Positions 1-5,693 of a DNA stretch of 33,833 bases are shown one piece after another. Within the stretch, counting starts at the first letter, position 1, and each line of letters opens with the position of its first letter. Location: IMG/VR virus record IMGVR_UViG_3300010331_000009; one strand, 5' to 3'. Source of the stretch: a virus. The translations under genes and the position numbers were made by a program. The notes beneath the pieces are model-generated. The model saw only the letters and a program-made list of their open reading frames with translations, had not been told where the DNA came from and did not search any database.

Positions 1-123
1 CAATCTGACCTGCGCTTATCGTGTCTTGTGATAGACCACACTGAACTATGCAGGACTCCGCCGAACTCCCCACAGGGTTCTGCAAAGCCCTTATCCCCGG
101 TTCGAATCCGGGCGTCGCCTCCA
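1..123 (+). repeat. Left copy of 123-bp direct repeat (att site, attL or attP-like)
   Basis: Bases 1-123 are identical base for base to 33711-33833. The repeat ends exactly at a tRNA-like ...GGTTCGAATCCGGGCGTCGCCTCCA 3' end. Confidence 0.9.
80..123 (+). tRNA. tRNA-Cys(GCA) 3' half only (anticodon loop to CCA); no 5' half present
   Basis: Anticodon loop CTGCAAA at 80-86 (GCA at 82-84). Then a 3' anticodon-stem strand GCCCT, a 4-nt variable region, T arm CCCGG-TTCGAAT-CCGGG, acceptor strand CGTCGCC, discriminator T and CCA. U73 plus a GCA anticodon is the Cys pattern. The partner strand GG[CT]G[AG][CT]G is absent from 1-79. Confidence 0.65.
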
Positions 124-152
124 AGTCATCTACCTGCGGACACGCAGCCGAG

Positions 153-176
153 ACGGTCCCTCCGGGGGCCGTTTTC
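153..176 (+). terminator. Intrinsic terminator-like hairpin just downstream of the tRNA 3' half
   Basis: ACGGTCCC (153-160), loop TCCG, GGGGCCGT (165-172): 8 bp with one G-U pair. A T run (172-175) follows on the + strand. Confidence 0.6.
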
Positions 177-184
177 GCGTTCTG

Positions 185-206
185 GATGTGCACATAATGT
201 GCATCG
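185..206 (+). promoter_or_regulatory. Paired ATGTGCA direct repeats (candidate integrase arm-type site, right of core)
   Basis: GATGTGCAcataATGTGCATCG, with ATGTGCA at 186 and 197 (11-bp phasing). It matches 33618-33639 at 18/22 positions. Confidence 0.5.
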
Positions 207-210
207 CACC

Positions 211-1404
211 TCACGTCTCGGTCCCGAAGGGCACGTCCATCGTCGCGTCGAAGCCGGCCGCCGCCGCCGCATCGTCCATGGGGATCACGTGGGCGTAGTA
301 ATCCAGGGTGATCTGGATGGTCTTGTGACGCAGGCGTTTGGACACGATATGCACCGGCACGCGCTCCCGCAGCAGAAGCGTCGCATGCGTGTGACGGAGC
401 GAGTGGAAGGTCGCTCCGCGCGTCGACAAGGCCCCTGCATCCTCGAGCATCGCGACGGCCGAGCTGACGGCGTAGGACACCTTCGAAGGTCTCATCGGCT
501 GGCCGTGTCCCCCGCAGAAGACCAGGTCGCCGTCCTCCCACGCTTCGCCGAGGAACTCACGCCTTGCGTCCTGCTCCACACGGTGGCAGCGCAGCATGTC
601 ACCGGTAGTCGATCCGAACGACACGACACCTCGCGAGCTCGCGGTCTTGGCGTACGGGACGACGCTCACGCCCGCGTTCGTCTCGATAGCCTGGCTGAAC
701 ACGGCCACACTCCCCCCGCCCTCAACACCAAGGGCGACATGGCGCCACCTCATCCCCAGCACCTCGCCCAAGCGCAGCCCTGTGTAGAGCGACAGTTGCG
801 CGGGTCGCTCCAAGCGAGTGTCCTGCAACGCCCCCAGGAGCATGCTGGCCTCATCACGCTCGAACCATTGGGCGTCGGGTGCCTTGGGCGTCGGGTGGGC
901 CGCCTTGGCCGCCGGATTGATGGTGATGATCGGAGGAACCTGATCGCACGCGTCGTCGAGCGCCTGCTTCAGCACCTTATGCCGCTTGTGTACAGTCTCA
1001 GGAGAGACCAGTCGGCCTAGTCTCGTGACCTCGTTACCGAGACACCACTCGTAGTAGCCCTCGATATCGCGTTTCGTCAGGTCCTGCAACCGCATCGATC
1101 CGAGGCGGGCGGCGAAGGAGTCCAGCAACGACCGGTACCGGCTCAGCGTGGCCGCGCGAGCGTTCCCCATCACGCGACGCTTGGAGATCCATGTGTCGAA
1201 CCACTCACTGACCGTGATGTCGGCCGCCACCAGGTAGGCGCCGCGAGTCTGCGAGTCGATGATGCCGGCACGTACGCGCTTGGCCTCGGGCAGCTCGCAA
1301 TGGACCACGCGCGATCGGCGCTTCTTCGGTGACGCCTCGACCCACCAGAGCCGGTAGTGTCGCCTGCCGAGCTTCTCGATGCCCGGCGCCACAGTGTGGC
1401 CCAC
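211..1404 (-). CDS. int: Tyrosine integrase (site-specific recombinase)
   Basis: ORF track 211..1497 (-). The C-terminal motifs HSLRHTHATLLL and ITLDYYAHV (catalytic Tyr) fit a tyrosine recombinase. The ATG at 1497 would overlap the repressor gene by 92 nt, so GTG 1404 (1 nt after the repressor stop) or GTG 1392 is the more likely start. Confidence 0.9.
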   Translation of the reverse strand: MGHTVAPGIEKLGRRHYRLWWVEASPKKRRSRVVHCELPEAKRVRAGIIDSQTRGAYLVAADITVSEWFDTWISKRRVMGNARAATLSRYRSLLDSFAARLGSMRLQDLTKRDIEGYYEWCLGNEVTRLGRLVSPETVHKRHKVLKQALDDACDQVPPIITINPAAKAAHPTPKAPDAQWFERDEASMLLGALQDTRLERPAQLSLYTGLRLGEVLGMRWRHVALGVEGGGSVAVFSQAIETNAGVSVVPYAKTASSRGVVSFGSTTGDMLRCHRVEQDARREFLGEAWEDGDLVFCGGHGQPMRPSKVSYAVSSAVAMLEDAGALSTRGATFHSLRHTHATLLLRERVPVHIVSKRLRHKTIQITLDYYAHVIPMDDAAAAAGFDATMDVPFGTET

Positions 1405-1405
1405 G

Positions 1406-2035
1406 CTAGAACCTGATTCGATCAGGGAACGTCGCCCATACCACCTTGCCGATGACGCGTACACGGCCGGCTTGGGCCCCGTCGCTGTCAAGCGCACAAT
1501 CCCGGTGCCGCGGGTTCGTGCTTTCGGGATGCAGAATCATCGTGTCACCGGCGAACAAGACCCTCTTGATGGTCGCGTCATCACCATTCACGTTGACCAC
1601 GGCGACGTCTCCGCTACGAACCTCTTCCCTTGGATCGACCAGCACGAGCATGCCGGCCGGAAACAGCCGGTCCATGGAATCCCCGGTCACAGCCAGGAAG
1701 AACGCTTCCGGATGATTGCCCAGCACGGTCGGCGATACATAGGTCCGGTCGCCATCACGCGGTATTGCCTCGACCGCCGCCCCCGCGGAGATGTTCCCGA
1801 TGACCGGCGCCGTCGAGTCACCGGGTTCGATCCCTGTGAGTGATCGATAGGAGACACCGAGAGCGTTGGCGATCTCCTTCAGCTTACCTACGCTCGGATT
1901 CCATTCGGCGTTCTTCTCCCACTGCGATACAGCCTGGGGAGTCTTGCCGAGTTTCTCCGCAAGCTGCGCTTGAGTGAGACCCATCGCCTTGCGAACCTTC
2001 AGAAGATTCTGCGAAATCTCGTTCTCGCTTCCCAT
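1406..2035 (-). CDS. CI/LexA-like repressor (XRE HTH plus S24 autopeptidase domain)
   Basis: N-terminal HTH LTQAQLAEKLGKTPQAVSQWEKN. C-terminal S24 pattern GDSMDRLFPAGMLVLVDP ... ATIKRV (Ser/Lys dyad context). The gene is divergent from the cro-like gene. Confidence 0.88.
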   Translation of the reverse strand: MGSENEISQNLLKVRKAMGLTQAQLAEKLGKTPQAVSQWEKNAEWNPSVGKLKEIANALGVSYRSLTGIEPGDSTAPVIGNISAGAAVEAIPRDGDRTYVSPTVLGNHPEAFFLAVTGDSMDRLFPAGMLVLVDPREEVRSGDVAVVNVNGDDATIKRVLFAGDTMILHPESTNPRHRDCALDSDGAQAGRVRVIGKVVWATFPDRIRF

Positions 2036-2080
2036 CCTGGCCTGCTTCCATGACTGCGGACTCTACTCATGCACAGAACG

Positions 2081-2109
2081 AGTATCGGTTAGCCGCATCA
2101 GAAACTCAA
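2081..2109 (-). promoter_or_regulatory. Candidate leftward (repressor) promoter
   Basis: Read on the minus strand: TTGAGT (2109-2104), a 17-nt spacer, then GATACT (2086-2081). It lies in the AT-rich 2036-2186 intergenic region. Confidence 0.45.
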
Positions 2110-2127
2110 CAAAGTATTGCATTTGTT
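2108..2127. promoter_or_regulatory. Candidate operator inverted repeat between the divergent -35 elements
   Basis: AACAAA (2108-2113), 8-nt spacer gtattgca, TTTGTT (2122-2127). It overlaps both predicted -35 hexamers. Confidence 0.4.
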
Positions 2128-2145
2128 ATCCACTGGACGTAGACT
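2117..2145 (+). promoter_or_regulatory. Candidate rightward early (cro-side) promoter
   Basis: TTGCAT (2117-2122), a 17-nt spacer, then TAGACT (2140-2145). The spacer contains TTATCCACT (2126-2134), an 8/9 match to the DnaA box TTATCCACA. Confidence 0.5.
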
Positions 2146-2192
2146 CCGACTCAACCTATTCCTTGATGTTCAATGAAAGGTAGGAGTTGATA

Positions 2193-2426
2193 ATGAATCT
2201 CTCGAAGCTGCGGTCGACTAGGGCAAGTCAGGGCCTTTCTCAGTCCGATCTCGCCCGAAGCGTAGGAGTCTCTCTCGCTACCTACCAGCGTATCGAGAGC
2301 GACCCGGACCGCACGAGCATTCGCCGGGCTAGGTTAATCGCCGCGAATCTCGGCGTCAATGTCCAGGACCTCTTCTTTGGCCAGGATCCATGCACCGAGC
2401 AAGACGCCAAGTGCAGAGTCTCATGA
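2193..2426 (+). CDS. Cro-like XRE-family HTH regulator
   Basis: HTH LSQSDLARSVGVSLATYQRIESDP. AGGAG (2182-2186) lies 6 nt before ATG 2193; the track start is TTG 2187. Confidence 0.85.
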   Translation: MNLSKLRSTRASQGLSQSDLARSVGVSLATYQRIESDPDRTSIRRARLIAANLGVNVQDLFFGQDPCTEQDAKCRVS

Positions 2427-2644
2427 GCACCACCATCGTGCTCCTCGGCCAGAGAGTCAGACCGCTCGAGTCCATCGCACGAGTGGGCTCTGTGCTGGGC
2501 CTCACTCGGTCCACCGCCTTCAAGATCGCCGAGGATCGGTGGCCGCTGGATGGCGACAAAGGCAGCCGAAAGGTGATCGTCCCAGCACTCGCTAAGCAGC
2601 TGGGAATCCCCTACCGGTGCGTCGTCGACGAGGTCGACAAGTGA
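2423..2644 (+). CDS. Small HTH DNA-binding protein (excisionase/AlpA-like candidate)
   Basis: ATGA overlap with the cro stop (ATG 2423). HTH-like SIARVGSVLGLTRSTAFKIAEDRWPL. Small size (73 aa). Confidence 0.6.
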   Translation: MSTTIVLLGQRVRPLESIARVGSVLGLTRSTAFKIAEDRWPLDGDKGSRKVIVPALAKQLGIPYRCVVDEVDK

Positions 2645-3144
2645 GCCGTCGGCGCTACGTGTCCACCGACATCAGCTTGGACGCGGCGCTCAACCGCGTG
2701 GCGAAGCACTCCGACTTCGCCGCCCTGCTGTACTCGTGGATGATCCCGCACGCGACAGACGACGCGACCATCACCGGCGATCCCGAGACGCTCCTCATGG
2801 AGGTGTTTCCCGGGCGGCGCGACAAGGACATCCATGACGTCGAGAAAGCCCTCGAACTGATCGAGAGCGAAGGCCTCTTCGAGATGTGGTCCCGAATCAC
2901 CCAGACGATCTACTTCTGGCCCGAGACGTTCTACCGCTACCAGACCTACATCAAGCCGAGCGATCGCCGCGTAGAAGAGGCAAACGCCGCAGAACGCCGC
3001 AGAACGCCGAAGAACACCGCTTCTCTTTCACCTTCACTTTCTCTTTCACATACACATTCACTTTCACAATCAAGGTCTGTCCCTGTGGAAACTGTGGATT
3101 CTGTGGATAACTCGCCCAAAACACTGTCGAAGGCGGTTCGTTGA
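2641..3144 (+). CDS. Putative replication initiator/organizer protein with the origin repeats in its 3' end
   Basis: GTGA overlap start at 2641. The 3' third of the gene is built from tandem DNA repeats and DnaA boxes (2981-3110), as in the origin-within-initiator-gene arrangement of lambda O. The function is inferred from context only. Confidence 0.55.
   Translation: MSRRRYVSTDISLDAALNRVAKHSDFAALLYSWMIPHATDDATITGDPETLLMEVFPGRRDKDIHDVEKALELIESEGLFEMWSRITQTIYFWPETFYRYQTYIKPSDRRVEEANAAERRRTPKNTASLSPSLSLSHTHSLSQSRSVPVETVDSVDNSPKTLSKAVR
2981..3020 (+). repeat. 4 x 10-bp tandem repeat (cAAACGCCGC/AGAACGCCGC/AGAACGCCGA/AGAACACCGC)
   Basis: Read directly from the sequence. The period is one helical turn. 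Confidence 0.9.
3027..3067 (+). repeat. TTCAC pentamer cluster (5 copies; three as CTTTCAC)
   Basis: TTCAC at 3027, 3033, 3045, 3057 and 3063, in a locally AT-rich stretch. Confidence 0.85.
3083..3110 (+). repeat. 3 x CTGTGGA at 9-bp spacing; the last copy is a perfect reverse DnaA box TGTGGATAA
   Basis: CTGTGGA at 3083, 3092 and 3101. TGTGGATAA at 3102-3110. Confidence 0.9.
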
Positions 3145-3614
3145 TGCCTAAAACACCATCAAGCCCAGAAGTTATCCACAGCCTCAAGACCCGCGCAGCG
3201 TCACGCAGAGCACTGACCACGGTCGACAACGAACTCCGGACGCACCTCACCTCCGCGATCGCACTGCTGAGCAAGAGCAACCTGATCGACGCCATCCGGC
3301 TCCCGGACGTGTGGGCACTCGAGATCGAGACCCGCGACGGCGTCCGCGTCCGCTTCGAGTCCGGTCAGTCGAGCCCGACCTCCAATCCGGCGGCAACGTA
3401 TACCGCTCAGAAGCCCGTGCCCAAGCGCCTCGAGCAGACCATCGCGCAGCAGACACGCCTAGCCAAGGAACTCAAGGCCTCCGGGATCAGCGAGGGTACC
3501 TACGCCAGCATCCTGCACACGCACGGCGTCACGAACTCCCTCGAGCTCGACCGCCCGACGATGACCTCCGTCATCACCGCGATCGGCGTCGCCGGCAAGC
3601 AGGTCACGGCATGA
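3144..3614 (+). CDS. Hypothetical early protein
   Basis: ORF track 3141..3614. ATG 3144 overlaps the upstream TGA by 1 nt. Third codon positions are G/C-rich. No motif recognised. Confidence 0.7.
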   Translation: MPKTPSSPEVIHSLKTRAASRRALTTVDNELRTHLTSAIALLSKSNLIDAIRLPDVWALEIETRDGVRVRFESGQSSPTSNPAATYTAQKPVPKRLEQTIAQQTRLAKELKASGISEGTYASILHTHGVTNSLELDRPTMTSVITAIGVAGKQVTA

Positions 3615-4024
3615 GAGTCGAGATCCAGACACCGCTGCCCCCCACCGTCAACCACTACTACCGCAACGCCGCGGTACCGGTGCGAAACGCCACCACCGGC
3701 AAGATCGGCATCGTGCGCAAGCGCGTGCTCTCCGACCGCGCAGAGGCATGGATGCAGGGATCCGCACTCATGGCCAGGTGCGCGCTGCGCGTGGCCGGCT
3801 GGGTCATCCCCGAGGCGGGCGACAAGGTCGTCGTCGAGATCCGCGTCGCCTGGCCCGACAACCGATGCCGCGACATGTCCAACCTCCACAAGGCCATTGC
3901 CGACGTCCTCGAAGGCATCGCCTACGTCGACGACCGCTACGCGCTGCTCCGTGACATGGACTATCGCGTCAGTCCCCGAAACCCCGGGCTCTTCCTCACC
4001 GTCCGCCCGTTCGCAAACGACTGA
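3611..4024 (+). CDS. rusA: RusA-family Holliday junction resolvase
   Basis: ATGA overlap start at 3611. N-terminal PPTVNHYY and later R.RDMSNLHKAIADVLEGIAYVDD fit the RusA pattern. The longer track ORF (from 3311) is an off-frame extension. Confidence 0.85.
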   Translation: MRVEIQTPLPPTVNHYYRNAAVPVRNATTGKIGIVRKRVLSDRAEAWMQGSALMARCALRVAGWVIPEAGDKVVVEIRVAWPDNRCRDMSNLHKAIADVLEGIAYVDDRYALLRDMDYRVSPRNPGLFLTVRPFAND

Positions 4025-4069
4025 TCGCTCGAGCTCGTCGACCTGTAGCCCCACAGAAGGGACCGCACC

Positions 4070-4750
4070 GTGAACAAGCTCTCGACCCACCACCGTAAGG
4101 CAGTGCTCGTCGCTGTGAACATCACGCTCGGCCTCGCGCTCGTCGCATCCGTCTTCTTCGCGACGTGGGCGAACGGCTACGGATCGGGACGAGCCTTCGG
4201 GCTGGCCAAGGCAGACACCGCCCACGCCCTGGAGCTGCGCACGCAACGCTCCGCGGCCGAAGCGGTCGCAGAACTGCGCGCCCTCGAGGCGTCGCGCACG
4301 ATCGCCGGACTGGCCGCAGAGGCCAAAGCGGTCGCAGAGGACAACGAGGAGCTCAAGGCGAGGCTGGCGGCGGTCAGGCCGGTGGTCACGAAGACTGCCA
4401 CGACAGCGGCACACAAGAAGAGCACCGCCAAGTCGGGCTTCCAGAAGGCGGGCACGTCGTCGGTCAAGGCCCTCATACGCCGCGTGTGCGCCCTCCGCCA
4501 CCTGAGTGCGGCAGACACCGCCGCGATGCTCGAACTGGCGCGCCGCGAGAGCACGACGGGCCAGAACTCCAGAGCCTATGCCCGAGGACGCGAGTGTGTC
4601 GGACTCTTCCAGCTGGACTCGGACAAGGGCTCGTACGCCAACCGGTGCGACAACCTCTGGTCGGCCGATCACGCGATCTCGTACTGCAGGTCCCGCTACG
4701 GATCCCCCAGCAAGGCACTCGCCGACCACAAAGCGAAAGGCTGGTACTAG
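4070..4750 (+). CDS. Membrane-anchored protein with a C-terminal lytic-transglycosylase (SLT)-like domain
   Basis: N-terminal TM segment (VLVAVNITLGLALVASVFFATW), an Ala/Glu-rich coiled-coil stretch, then ELARRESTTGQNS...GLFQLD, which resembles the E-S...GLMQ SLT motifs. Confidence 0.7.
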   Translation: MNKLSTHHRKAVLVAVNITLGLALVASVFFATWANGYGSGRAFGLAKADTAHALELRTQRSAAEAVAELRALEASRTIAGLAAEAKAVAEDNEELKARLAAVRPVVTKTATTAAHKKSTAKSGFQKAGTSSVKALIRRVCALRHLSAADTAAMLELARRESTTGQNSRAYARGRECVGLFQLDSDKGSYANRCDNLWSADHAISYCRSRYGSPSKALADHKAKGWY

Positions 4751-4753
4751 GCC

Positions 4754-5101
4754 ATGGTCCAGATGACGCTCGACCAGGTCACGGCAGACCCCATCGGCTA
4801 CGTCCACTGCGCGAAGTGGTGCGCAGAGCATCCCGAGGCCACGCGCTACATCGTCCACGCCGCCCGCGAGGTCAACAAGCAGGGTCGGAAGTGCTCCATG
4901 CGCCTGGACTGCGAGCCCGGTCTGGCCGAGAGGGCGCGGGAGTACCACCTCGACGGGGGGACCTACCGCGGCATCGACCACCGGATCACGGCAGACCTCG
5001 CCCGCTACCTCGAGGCGACGCACCAGGTCAGCTTCAACATCCGCGGCTCCAAGCGCGAGCTCACGAAGAACGCCACTCCGACACCAGGGGGATCCCGATG
5101 A
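4754..5101 (+). CDS. Hypothetical protein
   Basis: 115-aa ORF with ordinary composition. The competing 362-aa frame (4165..5253) is Arg/Gly-rich off-frame noise. Confidence 0.7.
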   Translation: MVQMTLDQVTADPIGYVHCAKWCAEHPEATRYIVHAAREVNKQGRKCSMRLDCEPGLAERAREYHLDGGTYRGIDHRITADLARYLEATHQVSFNIRGSKRELTKNATPTPGGSR

Positions 5102-5253
5102 AAGACGCCACGCAAGACTCCGTCATCCCGACCGAGGCGGACGTGCACGACTGCCCGAGCTTCCCGTGCTGCGACGTGGCCGAGTTCGGCCGGTGCTTCC
5201 TTCGTCCCTGCCGGCCCATCGACCCGAACCGTGGTGATGCCGACCAGCCGTAA
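5098..5253 (+). CDS. Small Cys-rich hypothetical protein (51 aa)
   Basis: ATGA overlap with the upstream stop. G/C-ending codons. Contains CPSFPCC...C....C. It falls below the ORF-track length cutoff as an independent gene. Confidence 0.45.
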   Translation: MKDATQDSVIPTEADVHDCPSFPCCDVAEFGRCFLRPCRPIDPNRGDADQP

Positions 5254-5299
5254 TGTCCCGCGTGCAATGTCCCGACACTTCCACCGATTCGGAGAAGAC

Positions 5300-5626
5300 A
5301 TGAACACCGCAGTCCTCATCCTCATCAGCGCGGCAGGCGTCATCGCGCTCGTGAACCTCGTCAAGTCGTTCGGCGTGACCGGTAAGTGGTCCGCGCTGGC
5401 GGCACTGGTCATCGGCATCGCCCTGAACCTCGCGGCATGGAAGGCCGGCGCCGCGTTCGCAGGCGCCGACTGGTTCACCGTCGCGGCCACCGGCGCGCTC
5501 GTCGGACTCGGCGCGAGCGGCCTCTACGACACCACCTCCCCGACGACCATGTCCTACGCCGCCGCCGAACTCGACCAGGTTTCGTTCGCGGAATCATACG
5601 ACGAGGCCAACCGACCCGTCAGATAA
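5300..5626 (+). CDS. Multi-pass membrane protein, holin-like
   Basis: GGAGAAG (5291-5297) precedes ATG 5300. Has 2-3 hydrophobic segments (AVLILISAAGVIALVNLV; WSALAALVIGIALNLAAW; WFTVAATGALVGLGASGL). The pattern K..GV.GKW..LAALV.G resembles small Gram-positive phage holins. Confidence 0.6.
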   Translation: MNTAVLILISAAGVIALVNLVKSFGVTGKWSALAALVIGIALNLAAWKAGAAFAGADWFTVAATGALVGLGASGLYDTTSPTTMSYAAAELDQVSFAESYDEANRPVR

Positions 5627-5636
5627 GCCCCCCATC

Positions 5637-5669
5637 GGGCGCGCCTCGACCCCCAAGCGGGGCGCGCCC
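5637..5669. terminator. GC-rich hairpin/inverted repeat upstream of the ParB-like gene (terminator-like, no U tract)
   Basis: GGGCGCGCC (5637-5645) pairs with GGCGCGCCC (5661-5669), with extra inner pairs. It could equally be a protein-binding palindrome. Confidence 0.4.
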
Positions 5670-5693
5670 ATCCCCGGATAGGAGAAACGCCGC

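Larger units (their letters stand above)
2981..3180. promoter_or_regulatory. Putative phage replication origin (composite repeats plus DnaA boxes)
   Basis: Four 10-bp tandem repeats (2981-3020). Five TTCAC copies in a locally AT-rich patch (3027-3067). Three CTGTGGA copies at 9-bp spacing (3083-3107). TGTGGATAA (3102-3110) and TTATCCACA (3172-3180) are perfect inverted DnaA boxes. Confidence 0.65.

Noticed and set aside
35-123. A complete tRNA (standard or long-arm) or a tmRNA 3' domain ending at position 123
   Set aside because: No sequence in 1-79 can pair with the acceptor strand CGTCGCC (GG[CT]G[AG][CT]G is absent), and there is no D arm. A tmRNA reading would need a G3-U70 pair and ...UCCACCA. 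Forcing that register leaves 3 unpaired nt between the T stem and the acceptor stem. Only the 3' half (80-123) is tRNA-like.
2981-3110. A CRISPR-like array or simple satellite
   Set aside because: The repeat units are 5-10 bp with no spacers of CRISPR size. The content (DnaA boxes, an AT-rich patch, helical phasing) fits an origin instead.
3500-5023. A 507-aa ORF on the minus strand opposite the early genes
   Set aside because: It is Arg/Gly/Ala/Val-rich low-complexity sequence, typical of an antisense frame in GC-rich coding DNA. It overlaps well-supported, translationally coupled + strand genes, including RusA.
4165-5253. A 362-aa + strand ORF spanning several early genes
   Set aside because: It is an Arg/Gly/Pro-rich off-frame product. 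Only its last 51 codons (from ATG 5098, with an ATGA overlap) look like a real gene.
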